From Octopus vulgaris (lineage: Eukaryota), in the NCBI GenBank assembly GCA_951406725.2, contig OX597824.1, positions 41,974,001-42,038,000 of the forward strand: 64,000 nt of DNA. Direction: 5' to 3'. Numbering within the stretch: the first letter of the stretch is position 1; every line of letters begins with the position of its first letter. Below are positions 29,831 to 43,289 of this stretch, piece after piece. The translations under genes and the position numbers were made by a program. The notes under the pieces are model-generated. The model was not told the DNA's origin. It worked only from the letters and a program-made list of their open reading frames with translations, and did no database searches.

Positions 29831-31027
29831 TATCCTTATCATCATCATGGTCATCGGTGTCGTCGTCTTTCTTGTCATCTTTGTCAGCGTTGTCATCAAT
29901 ATCATCAACATTGTCGACGCCGTAAACCTCAATGCTTCAATGGCTTATTTTGTTTTTTTTTTGTTTTTGTCCTTCAGCCGGCAATAGTTCAAGCTAGGAA
30001 TCCGATATGCGACTGCATGCGAGGCTTGCCTGGCCGATGAATGGCACGTGATCTCTCGAGGTACCACCACCAACATGAAGACACGACACATGCAGCATGA
30101 AACTGGATGAGTCGAACAAGACTCAAACATAAAAGATAAGATTAGAGAAATAGTGAATCGGGCGAGGGCGGAGTGAGAGAGAAAGAGGGTAGTTAGAGCA
30201 AGGAGGAGGAGAAGGAAGATGAAGGGGACGAGGACGAGGAGGAAGAGAGGGGATGGGTGGAGGGTCAGTGGTGGAGAGATGAGACCCTGGAAAAAAAATA
30301 ATGGATCTCTACTGCATACGAATTCCATGCAAGAGCGTCGTCTGGCCAACCATGGTACAAGATGGCGGCAGTGTTGTGACGATAGTGGCAGTGGCGATGT
30401 TAACAATGATGGTACTTGCAGTTGTACTTTTAAAGGTAGAGGTATCAGGGTGGTGGTAGTGGTAGATGAAGATGGAAGTAGTCGTCTTGAAGGGTTAAGT
30501 GTAGAGGTAATAGAGAGGATATTGATGATGGGACTGTTATTGTCAATGAGTGTGGTGGCTGTTGTTTTTTGTGGTGGTATGGTGGTGTGGTGGTGGCGAA
30601 AATTACATGTTTTGAGATGTTATCGTGCGATAGACCTTCTAGTAGTAGTAATAGTAGTAGTAGTAGTAGTAGTAGTGGCGATTGGATCTTTTAGTAGTAG
30701 TAGTAGTAGTAGTAGTAGTAATAGTAGAAGAGGTGCTGGTGGTGGTGGTCATCGTCGTCATCGTCGTCTTCCTCTCCCTCTTCGTGATTCGTGGTGGAGT
30801 TTCTTGATCGTCTGATGGCATGAGACTTCGGAATCGTAGATGTTGCCATTGTTTAACCTCCGGTCAGCTCTGTTCAAGCGTATAGAACACATATGTTGAC
30901 AAACGGGAGACAATATTAAAAAGAAAAAAATCAGCGAAAGAAAAAGAAGCTAAAAGGGGGCCAAAATTAAGGAATAACCTTATGCTTAGTCAAATAAAAA
31001 GTACAAAATCAGAAGAATAAATCTTTC

Positions 31028-31160
31028 TACTTGGCGTTAGGAAGGGCATGCAGCTGTAGAAACCTTGCCAAATCAGACTGGAGCCTGGTGCGGTCAAACT
31101 TTCCAACCCGTGCAAGCATGGAAAGCGGACGGTAAACGACGACGACGATGATGATGACGA
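31028..31160 (+). mobile_element. 3' end of an RTE-type SINE/LINE with (GAC/GAT)n tail
   Basis: GGCGTTAGGAAGGGCATGCAGCTGTAGAAAC...CCAACCCGTGCAAGCATGGAAAGCGGACG followed by a trinucleotide tail. Family assignment is from recall only. Confidence 0.55.
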
Positions 31161-31174
31161 TAGGCTAAAAAAAA

Positions 31175-31620
31175 AAATGAAATTTTGCGTTGAGTGGGGC
31201 TAGTTGATTACTTCAACTTCAGTGCTCAACTGGTGCTTATTTTATCGACTCCGAAAGGGATGAAAGGCAAAGTCGACCTCGGCAGAATTTGAAATGAGAG
31301 CCTAAAGAAACGGACGAAATGCTGTCCTAACGATTCTGCCAGCTCGCCTTCGTAGTAGTAAAGATAAAGATTTCAAATGTGGGCACAAGGCCAACAGTTT
31401 TGTGGGAGGGGTAAGTCGATTACATCGACCTCAATGTTCAGCTAGTTCTTATTTTATCGACTCCGAAAGGATGAAAGGCTAAGTCGACTTCGGCGAAATT
31501 TGAATTCAGGTCGCAAAGATGGACAAGACTGTTAAAGTAAAGAAACGTAAAGGCTAAGAACATAAAGAAATGGACGAAATGCCACTAAGTATTTTTCCCG
31601 GCATGCTAATGATTCTGCCC
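31175..31620 (-). mobile_element. Two SINE family B copies
   Basis: Two copies of TTTTATCGACTCCGAAAGG(G)ATGAAAGGC-AAGTCGAC. Confidence 0.85.
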
Positions 31621-31623
31621 TTC

Positions 31624-32128
31624 AATGCTTTGATGCAGTACAAGGCAGTAGCTTCCGTGGCTTCTGATCTTAACTGATTAGAAGTGTTAACGTGTACAAG
31701 TATCTTGGTGTCAAAGATGGGCTACAGCAAATATTCCGTTCAGTACTGCCGATATGCTTGTCAGTTGCTTGATCTTAACTAGTTGAGCACATCTGTTATT
31801 GGCTGACGGTATGTGTATTTTTGATCAAGTGCAGGAGTAGTGGAGGAGCATGACAGTCATGTGTTGTGAAGAATTCTTGGGAGGTGTGAATTATATGGTG
31901 TTTTGTTCATCATCTTTAAGCAATCTTTATTCAAAGACCTTTTGAGAGGGATGAGTTACTCGGCCTAAAGAAAATTCTAACTGGGCCCACCTGCAAGGTT
32001 ATGCGCTGTTTATACTGTTATGAAATCACCATGTCACGCACATATAGTTGTCATGATGGGTATACTGGAATTCGTATATTTGTACCTCAGCGTCACTTTG
32101 ATAGCGTATGCTACCCTCTCACTCAATA
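31624..32128. mobile_element. Unclassified repeat D, older copy with deletions
   Basis: Colinear homology to 32414-33287 (GGCTTCTGATCTTAACTGATT, GAAAATTCTAACTGGGCCC, CCTGCAAGGT). Confidence 0.75.
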
Positions 32129-32198
32129 GTAATTATAATGATGATAATGATGGTAATGATGATGATGATGATAATGATGATGATGAGGAGGAGGAGGA

Positions 32199-32276
<78 letters not shown>

Positions 32277-32301
32277 CAAGAACAACAACAATAACAATAA
32301 C

Positions 32302-32384
<83 letters not shown>

Positions 32385-32413
32385 TAATAATAATATTAAT
32401 AATAATAATGATA

Positions 32414-33390
<977 letters not shown>

Positions 33391-33591
33391 TAATCCTTTC
33401 TACTATATTTCCTGACATTTTGAAAAAGGAGCCTAGTCGCTTATGCCAACCCGAGCGCTTAACTAGAATTTTTTCCATCGACACCGAAAGTAAAGTGGAA
33501 TTCGGCGGAATTTGAATTCAAAATGGGAAGACGGGCGAAATGCCGCTAAGCATTTTGCCTTGCGTGCTAGCCGCTTTAATAACTATAACTA

Positions 33592-34088
33592 TAATTATTT
33601 CATTTATTCGCTACTAGGGCTGACATTAAGGGGGAAAATACAGTAGACGGGAACAGTGGGGTTTTTACACAAAAAAACAAGTAAGCAGTTAGGAAAACAA
33701 TAACAATAATAACTAGACAAAAAAAAAACATAATAGTGGAGATGACTGCCCAGGGTTGGCTCAGGTACCTCACCAATCCTGAACCACTCGACGCTTCGAG
33801 GGTACTCGAGAAGGGTACACCTCTCCTCAATTTCACCAGTCTACAATTGCATTATTAGAGTAGGTTCACTCACGCGGGCCATTTTCGCCCACCTTTCAGC
33901 AAATATACTGGAGAGCGTCACGTATCTCTCCACCCGAATATTCCTTCAAGAAGTGATAAGCGATTAGCCGAAGAGAAAAGCACCGGTCTTCAGTCCTTTC
34001 AACCTGGTCCACCATACAACCTCTTTCTCTACTGCTACTAGACAGAGGAACATTGCCTGTCCTTCCTGGTCAAAGGAAGATGGCGGGT
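33592..34088 (-). mobile_element. L1/Tx1-clade retrotransposon 3' end, decayed
   Basis: Minus frame PPSSFDQEGQAMFLCLVAVEKEVVWWTRLKGLKTG..F..RW resembles a Tx1 ORF2 C-terminus. The 3' UTR ends AGCCCTAGTAGCGAATAAATGAAATA. Confidence 0.7.
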
Positions 34089-34094
34089 TAATCT

Positions 34095-34189
34095 TCTCTT
34101 TTGCCGAACCGCTAAGTTACGGGGACGTAAACACACCAGCATCGGTTGTCAAGCGATGTTGGGGGGACAAACACGGACACACAAACACG

Positions 34190-34265
<76 letters not shown>

Positions 34266-34418
34266 CGACGGGCTTCTTTCAGTTTCCGTCTACCAAATCC
34301 ACTCACAAGGTTTTGGTCGGCCCGAAGCCATAGTAGAAGACACTTGCCCAAGGTGCCACGCAGTGGGACTGAAACCGAACCATGTGGTTGCTACTTACCA
34401 CAGAGCCACTCCTGCGCC
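34095..34418 (-). mobile_element. SINE family A, tail truncated
   Basis: Matches the family A reverse complement. Confidence 0.9.
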
Positions 34419-34465
34419 TTGCTGGCCTAGTGCCAAAATTTGAAACCATCATTATAAGCTGGGTT

Positions 34466-34905
34466 AGAGCGGCAAGCTGGCTGAAACGTTAGCACGCCGG
34501 GCGAAATGCTTAGCGGTATTTCGTCTGCGGCTACGTTCTGAGTTCAAATTTCGCCGAGGTCGACTTTGCCTTTCATCCTTTCGGGGTCGATTAAATAAGT
34601 ACCAGTTACGCACTGGGTCAACGTAATCGACTTAATCCCTTTGTCTGCCCTTGTTTGTCCCCTCTATGTTTAGCTCCTTGTGGGCAATAAAGAAATAAGA
34701 AACGTTAGCATGCCGGGCAAAATGCTTAGCAGCGTTTCGTCCCTTTTTACGTTCCGACTTCAAATATCCATCGAGGTTGACATTACCTTTCATCCTTTGA
34801 AAGTCGATAAAATAAGTACTAGTTGAGCACTGGGATCAATTTAATCGACTTACAGCCTTCCCCGAAATTGCCGGCCTTATGCCAAAAATATGAAACCATT
34901 ATTAT
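34466..34905 (+). mobile_element. SINE family B dimer (long tail plus short tail)
   Basis: Junction AATAAAGAAATA|AGAAACGTTAGC at 34697/34698. Confidence 0.9.
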
Positions 34906-35478
34906 TAATTAGATTCTTTTCTTGATAGAAGGGGTGAACAATGGATTTTTTTCCCTCAGGAATATTTGTAACGTAAATAAAAGCGAAGCAAATACAACAG
35001 GGAATCAAAACTAGCGGCCATAGTTTCGGTTCACTGGGTGCTTTTCTCCATACAGTGACTGCCGGTATGTTCTTTTATTATTATTATTATTATTGCTTGA
35101 TATTCTAAAGAATAAAAAAATATTAGATTAGATTCCGAATGAACAACGTGGGGAATTTATAATTTTATTTCTATTCCAACCGTTGTTTTTATAATTAGTA
35201 TTTTTGTGGGATTTATTTGTCTCGATAATGCAAGAAACTCTCTCAGAAATTCAGATTTTCATTTTCTTTTTTTTTCTTTTTCCTTTTGCTTTTATATATT
35301 TGCTTTAGTCGAAGAAAATTTTAAAACGTTTTTGTGTACATTCTCTTCCATACACGTACACATATACAAAAAATACACATATTTGCTACATACACATCCA
35401 TATATGTATGTAAATCTTACATGTCTGCCTGACTGCCTATCTTTCTGTCTGTTTCTGTTTCTCTCTCTCTGTATATAC

Positions 35479-35547
35479 CAGGCCCAGGCATGGCTGTGTC
35501 GTAAGAAGCTTGGTTCACAACCACATGGAAACTGAAAGAAGCCCGTC

Positions 35548-35605
<58 letters not shown>

Positions 35606-35897
35606 ATGTGTGTGTGTGTGTGTGTGTATGTATGTACGTATATGTACATGTTTATATGTATGCGTGTGTGTGTGTGTGTATAAATTTGTGTGTTGCTGTC
35701 TGTATTGCTCCCCCCCCCCACTATCACTAACAACAGAAATTGGTGTATTTACGTCCCCGTAACATTTGCGATTCGGCAAAAGTGACCGATAGAATAAGTA
35801 CCAGGCTTACAAAGAATACGTCCAGGAGGCGATTTCTTCGACTAAAAGGCGGTAACCCAGCATGGCCACAGTAAAAATGACAGAAAGAAGTAAAAGA
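35479..35897 (+). mobile_element. SINE family A with deletion in the head
   Basis: CCACATGG joined directly to AAACTGAAAGAAGCCCGTCG; tail AAGGCGGTAACCCAGCATGGCC. Confidence 0.85.
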
Positions 35898-36230
35898 ATT
35901 GAAGAGTAAAAAAATACACACACACACATCATTCATTTATACGTATATAGGTACACATGAGTGTGTTTTTAAAGATATGTGTATATATATATATATATGT
36001 ATATACGCGCGCGCGCACACATATTTTCGTGCATGCGTATGTGTGTATGTGCGCATTTATGCAAGCGTCGCCGGCTAAAATGAGGCAATTTATTTTTTAT
36101 ATGCTCCATAACTCAGTAAACATTCATTAGAAGACGTTTTATTAAAACAATAAAAATTATTCAAGCTATGAAAATGTGGTTTATTGGGCCCAAACCTCTG
36201 TTTGTGTATGCGTTTGTGAGTGTTTGTATA

Positions 36231-36281
<51 letters not shown>

Positions 36282-36614
36282 TGCGTTCGCACGCGTATGT
36301 ATCCCCAAGCAACATAAATATATAAATATATCTTTTCATGTCAGTTGCTTGCTGTCATTTCTGCACAGCTGCCCCGAAGCCTTAGTGTCCTCCGTTAGTT
36401 GCTACGCGACACAGTGCCGGCACAGTGATGATAGCCAACGCTCCATCACCGAACATCCCCGCCGCTGTCCAGATATCCTAATCCAACAGACAAATATGCA
36501 TGCATTATTCGTATTTAGGAAACTATCTTCGTTGGGTTAAGTTAATTGTAGAGTTATAAGTAACAACAAAAACATCAACAACGACAACAACAACAGCAAC
36601 AACGATAAAGCAAC

Positions 36615-37255
36615 AATCCTTTCTACTATAGGCACAAGGCTTGAAATTTGGGGTAGGAGCTAGTGAATTACATCGAGCCCAGTTTTCGACTGGTAATTAT
36701 TTTATCGATCTTGAAAGGAATGAGAGACAAAGTCGGCCACGCCGGAATTTGAATATGCAACGTAAAGACAAAGGAAATGCCGGTAAGTATTTCATTCGGC
36801 ACAGTAACGATTCTACCATCTTGCCTCATTATTATTATTATTAGTCGTAGCTAAGGCGGCGAGCTGGCAGAAACGTTAGCACGCCGGGCGAAATGCGTAG
36901 CCGTATTTCGTCTGCCGTTACGTTCTGAGTTCAAATTCAGCCGACGTCGACTTTGCCTTTCATCCTTTCGGGGTCGATAAATTAAGTACCAGTTACGCAC
37001 TGGGGTCGATGTAATCGACTTAATCCGTTTGTCTGTCCTCGTTTGTCCTCTCTGGGTGTAGCCCCTTGTGGACAGTAAAGAAATAGGTATTTCGCCCGTC
37101 GCTACTTTCTGAGTTTATATTCCGCCGAGGTCGACTTTGTCTTTCATCCTTTCGGGCTCGATACATTAAGTACCAGTTGTGTACTGGGATCGATGTAATT
37201 GACTTAACCCCTCCCCCCATATTTCAGGCCTTGTGCCTATAGTAGAAATGGTTAT
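36615..37255. mobile_element. SINE family B: minus copy (36615-36828) and plus dimer (36853-37255)
   Basis: Family B core on both strands; junction GTAAAGAAATA|GGTATTTC at 37085/37086. Confidence 0.88.
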
Positions 37256-37274
37256 TGTTCTTAGCAGGTACCTT

Positions 37275-37895
37275 GCCTACGAAGCCTCTTGTAGTATGTG
37301 TTGCCGACGATTTTAAAAGGTGAACAAAATATGCTATCCTTTTCTACTAGTCTACTGATTACTCTATCAAGATACGACCTGTCGTCATCTGTCAGACATT
37401 GGAAACGTTTGGGTAAGTTTACGAGGCTTTTGCACCTTGCTCTTCAAATAGCTAGCTTCACGCAATCTAAACGTGCGTCCAAGATGGCGTTCCAGTCACC
37501 CATCAGCACTAAAGGTCGAGACGTCCTCAGGAAAATCTCTAGACGTCTGAAGAAATCTGGCTGCTCTACCCCTGTCGGGTATTGACAGCCACCAGCATCT
37601 CAGTCGTTACAGTTCCCGTCCAAGACTAAACACGTACGTTCTGGGTCCAGTAAGATGGCCCTAAAATTGTGATCCAGACCTTTCCGGAACAACAATACAG
37701 GTTCCACCCACCATTCCCTGTTGACATAGAAATAAGTAAATCTTGTAGCCACCGAAAATGGACGTGAAAGCTTATTTATTGGAAAGTCTGGCCTCACTGA
37801 TAGCCACGACATATATACTTAGTGACCTGAGGTCATTGAGTAGATGGCCCCGTTTCCAAGGCGACCCTAGGCCTCCTACATATATACTGCCTTTT
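37275..37895 (-). pseudogene. L1/Tx1 AP-like endonuclease domain, decayed
   Basis: Minus-strand pieces VGGLGSPWKRGHLLNDLRSL..VVAISEARL, LFRKGLD..LDPE, PDFFRRLEIFL..LVLMGDWNAILD and SYLDRV match APE motifs (NVRGL, I.ET, GDFN, .LDR). Confidence 0.8.
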
Positions 37896-38794
37896 CGGAA
37901 CAACGCAAAGAGAAGGATACAGGAGAGCATCACTAACCCTATTTCTGTAGAGACACAGGTGTTCTGTCCATCTGGCTATTTATGGGTATCTCTATAAACA
38001 TATCTTTGTAGAGTCTTTTAACTAACATCAAATCCTATTTATACTTCACTTAAGTTTAATAAATATATACTTGTTTATGTGTTTACATGAAAATACTTTT
38101 TCATTTCTCATGTTAATAAGGTTTCTTTTTCTTTTCATTATTTATAGTTTTCTTCTAAGCATAATCTACAGAATTTATCATTAATTTTGTAATTAAATGC
38201 TAAAAGGAGAATCTGGATAAACTGGGATTTTCAGAAAAAAAGTTACATTACAATTCCAATCTGTGAGTGGAACGGTAAAATATGCAAGACTTTTCTCAAG
38301 TTCTAAATTTGAATTTGTCTGTGTTAACTACATCCCAAAGATGGAGCCCTGTATCTTTGTTGGAAACCGGCCCCCACCTCAGTGAAAGATTTATAATAAT
38401 TAAAAAATAGAACACACACACACACACACATATATACACACGATGAGATTCCACACGATTCCTAACAAAAAATATAAAAAAAGACGAAATACAGCATAAC
38501 AAAAACCTATGGCACACCACAAACTGACAATATCTAAATTGCTTATAAATTGCATTTTATGAATGAAATACTCATCAACAAGAAAACAGATGATCACGCA
38601 ATTAAAATCCTCATAAAACATAACAGAGAATGCATTACATCGCGCCGTAAATGAATACTAATCATATAATGCAACAAATAAACAAATAATGATATAATTA
38701 AACACCTACTTATCAGCAACAAACCACAAACACGTAAATCAAAGAAAAGACCACGATTGACTGGGAATGTATAAATTCAATTATAATATATGTA

Positions 38795-39470
38795 TATCAT
38801 TATTCAGTTTATTTCAAGATTTCTTGCCGACAGAAAAAAAGCCAGTTTCTAACCTAGATCCAAGGCTCTTTCATTGGAATTTCAACATCAACAAGGTATT
38901 TTTGTATGTATGTATGTATGTATGTATGTATGTATGTATGTATGTATGTATGTATGTATGTATGTGTGTATGTGTGTATGTATGTATGTATGTATGTATG
39001 TATGTATGTATGTATGTATGTATGAATGTATGTATGAATGTATGTATGTATGAATGTATGTATATATATGTGCAGATTTGTATGTTTTATGTATGTATTC
39101 TCATGCATATAGTTGCGTATCTAGACATATTCATATATATTTAAATGATAAACTTCTGGAAAGACTTACAGATTTTTACAGTCCCAGTGATGGATTGCAT
39201 CTGTAGTTCTGGAATTAACTTTCTCCTTTCTGGTTTTGAAATGCCTAATTTCTCAAGATTGGTATTTAGGCAGTGTGTTACATATCTTAGGGCCCCAATA
39301 ATTACAGGTATAAACCTGAACTTGTAATTTGGTTAGAGTAACTGTAGATTTCTCAATAGTTCAGCATAGGTGTTCTCTTTTTCACTGATCTTCATTTTTA
39401 TGTTAACATCCGCTGGAGAGTTAATTTGCACAACTGTGCACAGTTTTTCTTCTCTATCTCAATTCATTAT
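38795..39470 (-). mobile_element. R4/Dong-like (RLE-type) non-LTR retrotransposon 3' end
   Basis: Minus 39470-39143: DREEKLCTVVQINSPADVNI..EKENTYAELLRNLQLL*PNYKFRFIPVIIGAL..ITGTVKICK, a restriction-like endonuclease C-terminus. The 3' UTR has internal (TACA)n and ends GAATAATGATA. Confidence 0.8.
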
Positions 39471-39484
39471 AACAGGGGTAGGAA

Positions 39485-39652
39485 CAACAAGTAGGTGTAA
39501 TAGTTTAACGCTCGGGAAAAATGGCAGTCTTTTACGTTTCGAGCCTACGCTCTTCGATAGAAAGGATTAACAGAAAAACTGTGGAGAGAGAATGAAAAAA
39601 AAAAAAAAAACGGAGAAAGAAAATGACGGTAAAAAGTCCACCATGGTGAAAT

Positions 39653-39655
<3 letters not shown>
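39485..39655 (-). mobile_element. PLE-like fragment, CUGUNGA hammerhead family
   Basis: Minus: ccttt CTATCGA a gagc gtag gctc GAAA cg TA aaaga. Confidence 0.65.
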
Positions 39656-39688
<33 letters not shown>

Positions 39689-39691
<3 letters not shown>

Positions 39692-39885
39692 GATGTGATG
39701 GGAAATTGTCAGCACTTTTTAAATTTCGCTCATGCGCATTATTTATTTTGGATTTGGCCGACTACACAGTATAATAGGGTCAGTTGAACATCGATTGCCA
39801 AATTTCACTTAACACTTCAACAGCGCTTTTCTCACGGTAAAACAATAGTTTTTCTGTGCATGACATCAGTTTGACATTTCCTAGA
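39689..39885 (+). mobile_element. Tc1/mariner-type terminal fragment
   Basis: TA|CAGGATGTGATGGGAAATTG; related to 1-132. Confidence 0.5.
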
Positions 39886-39914
39886 TGCCTTCGCTAAGCA
39901 GAATAATGTCTTTA

Positions 39915-40160
39915 CCTCTCGCCAACCTCCGACAATCTCTCTCACCAACCTTCGACAATCTTTCTCGCCAACCTCTGAAAACCTCTCTTGTCAACCTCCA
40001 ACAATCTTTCCCTCCTCCAGCTGACAGTTTTTTGTACTATTTCGTGACGGAAAATACATCTTTTGTGGCAGTTATAACGAAATAGCTTTCTTATATCAGA
40101 GTAATAAACGATGTTCAATAGAACATCTTTACTCCCGGGAATTACCGGGTAAAACAGCTA

Positions 40161-40161
<1 letters not shown>
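39915..40161 (+). mobile_element. Helitron-like 3' end preceded by a 23-bp minisatellite (4 units)
   Basis: Hairpin CCCGG-gaatta-CCGGG (40134-40149), then CTAG (40158-40161) followed by T. CTCTCGCCAACCTCCGACAATCT-like units at 39916-40010. Confidence 0.65.
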
Positions 40162-40212
<51 letters not shown>

Positions 40213-40393
40213 CACGACTGACTTCTTTCAGTTTCCGTCTACCGGATCAACTAACAAAGCATTAGTCGAGCTGAGGCTATAGTAGAGTACACTTTCCGAA
40301 TTTGCGTCACATTGGGACTGAACCCGGAAGCAAACTCCTTACCATACAACCAAATATAGATAGATACATAAATAGATAGATAGATAGATAGAT

Positions 40394-40911
40394 AGTAATA
40401 CCTCACTTTAAGAGGACTTACTTTACGAGAACCTGGGTTCACGTGTGTCATTTTTCAAGTACGTGATCCAAATTTTGAACGAAGTGCAAAAGTTTCTACT
40501 ACCATAACAAATGCTTCTCTGTGCTACCGTGAAACTTATACAGAGTGAAAAAAAAGCTTCTTCTAAGCAAACAACTCTAGACCTTTTTAAAAATAAATCT
40601 ACAAATCCGTCTACGAATGCTTGTGATGGCGTCTACAAGCGATGGTGTGCGCGAGTCTAATGTGAGTGAAAGTGATGCAAAAAACGATAATAATAATATT
40701 TTTTATTATAAATGATCTTGACACTCTTTTTACTTTACATAAAATATTCCTTGCATTCTCCTTTTCTTTTATTGTCATTTGTTTACGAGTATTATAAATT
40801 TTCTAGATGAAATATTTTTCTGGGAATGAATTACGACTTATAACATTGCTACTATGGGAAATTATTGCTCTGCTCTACAAGATTTCACTTTACGAGCGAT
40901 CTCCATTACTG
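40394..40911. mobile_element. Decayed pogo/Tigger-like MITE
   Basis: Left AGTAATACCTCACTTTAAGAG, right CACTTTACGAG...ATTACTG|TA, with ACTTTACGAG repeated subterminally. Confidence 0.45.
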
Positions 40912-40947
40912 TATACACACACATACACACACACACATATATATATA

Positions 40948-42178
40948 TCAGACTGAGTAACGAGTAAACAACGTTCATCACAATATATTTTAACTATGCG
41001 GAAATTTTACTCATCAAGGTAAGTACCATTACAATCAACATATTTTTGCCAACGAGTTACAAGATTGTTTATTCCAGTAATATTAAAAATCTGGACCTCT
41101 GGAGCTGATGAACTCTTTGAACGCACTTTCAGCACCAGTTTGGCTTTTTAACCGGTTTGGCTTTTTAACTCCTTCTCTCGCGGGAAGCCATCAAGGTGCT
41201 TGAAATTGTGGTAGTCGGTAGGAGAAAGGTCTGGGGAATAAGCTGGGTGGGGAAAAACTTCATAACCAAGTTCCCTCAACTTCTGGAGCTTTATTAGTGA
41301 AACGTGTGGTCGAGCATTGACATAAAGAAGGACTGGCCCTCTTCTATTGACCAGTCTGAGACGCAGAAGTAGCAGTTTTTCGTTCATTTTCGCAATTTCA
41401 TGGCAATATTTTCGTGCAGTAATGGTTTTTCCAGGTTTTAAGAAGTTATAGTGGATGAGTCCAGCAGTACACCACCAAACAGTAACCATAAGCTTCATTG
41501 TGAAGAGCTCAGGTTTAGAGAAGGTTTTCGGTGCTTCATTTTGGTCCAAAAACTGCGAAGAACATTTTACTTTTTGTACAAAATCCTCTTTTCATCGCGT
41601 TACAATACGGTCGAGAAATGGATCGGTCAGGTTACAGAAAAGAAGAAGCGAGCGCGCATTTTCTAATTTTCATTCAAATCGTGTGGTACTAATTTGTCGA
41701 GCTTTTTTGATTTTCCGATCGCATGCAAATGGTTACTGGCAGTTTTCTAGCTAACTTGAAGTTCTTTTGCCAGGTCTCGAGTGGTTTTACATGATCTTTC
41801 TCAATGACGGTCTTTAATTGACAGTCATTGATGACAGATGGGCGTTCACTACATCTAAGACCTTCAAGGCTCATGTCTCCACTGCGAAATCACCTAAACC
41901 ATTTTCGAGCTGACCACTCACTGGTCATTTCCTCACCAAATGTTTCGTTGATATCGCGAGCAGTTTCAGCTGCTTTACGTCCTTTTTTGAAGTTGAATAG
42001 CAAAATTGCTCGAATATCGCGCTTTGACAGTTCCATTTTAGATGATTGTAACAACAAGGAAAAATACCAATGTTAATCTATTGATGCATTTGGGCAAGTC
42101 TATGTCTGTATTATCAGACAATTGTAAAGAAATGTTTTTAAAAAATCCAAAACGTTGCTTACTTTTTACTCAACCTGA
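40948..42178 (-). mobile_element. Full-length mariner element (1231 bp) with 28-bp TIRs and TA TSD
   Basis: Left TA|TCAGACTGAGTAACGAGTAAACAACGTT versus right (reverse complement) TA|TCAGGTTGAGTAAAAAGTAAGCAACGTT. Confidence 0.92.
41007..42036 (-). pseudogene. Mariner (Hsmar1/cecropia-like) transposase pseudogene
   Basis: MELSKRDIRAILLFNFKKGRKAAETARDIN..WFR*FRSGD, MVTVWW, VNARPH (catalytic D lost), HPAYSPDLSPTDY, RWQKYVDCNGTY; contains stops and frameshifts. Confidence 0.92.
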
Positions 42179-42767
42179 TACATATGTTACATAAAAAATA
42201 AATATATATGATACGGTAACAGCTCCGTATTTACAGATGATTGCCGTTTCTTTTTGCTTTTTCGTTGACAATAGCAATACTGATTACTTTCCGTTCATGA
42301 CCTCTCAGATGGCAATAGTGTCTCGCTGCAGATCTGCATAGCTATGCGCTTCCATATGGTTAACTTTGCACACATCACCACTCTTCCATCACTAAAAGAC
42401 TTACTGTACATGGAATCACAAACCAGGTCACCATAAAGAGACATCTGTACATCATTAGATTACAGCAATAAGTGCTTGCAGAGCACAAGTGCTACTTTCT
42501 GAGTCCCTGTAATTAGCATCTCGTGACAGGCCGGAACGAGATAACCAGATATCGTGTGAAACTGCAGGGTTTACATCAGTGTCTTTCTCCTTGAAGAATG
42601 ATGTAAATATATGTAGTATCTAGGATTTACAGTATGGGATGGAGATAAACTATAACCGCGGATCCTGCCACAAGAATATGTGTATTTCATTGCTAATCTA
42701 AATGTTACTAGCCTAATGTTACTAACAGGAGCTTATAAAGCATCTTCCTCGGATTGATAATCCCTCA

Positions 42768-42853
<86 letters not shown>

Positions 42854-43015
42854 TATACATATATATATATATGCATACACACACACACATATATATATGT
42901 AAGAATAAACTAGTCCTTACGTTTACTCCTCTAACTGCTCAATTTCAAATCTCTTGAGCACTATGAAGTGTATTCTATACAGAGATTACCTACCTTTAAT
43001 CTATCTATCTATCTA

Positions 43016-43088
<73 letters not shown>

Positions 43089-43246
43089 CGACCTATATCT
43101 CTCTCTCTCGATATATATATATATATACATGCGCACATTCATTTGGCTGAGTGTTAAGAAGCTTGCTTCCCAACCACGCGTAGCACCTTGAACAACTGTC
43201 TTCCAGTATAACCTCGGGCCGACCAAAGCTTTGTATGTGTATTCGC

Positions 43247-43289
<43 letters not shown>

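Noticed and set aside
33592-37895. Tx1 endonuclease and ORF2 C-terminus as one intact L1/Tx1 element
   Set aside because: Strand and order fit, but the 3.2 kb between holds SINEs and simple repeats with no RT motifs. At best it is a heavily deleted relic.
41148-41549. Functional SETMAR or active transposase
   Set aside because: No SET domain, a lost catalytic aspartate, and stops and frameshifts.
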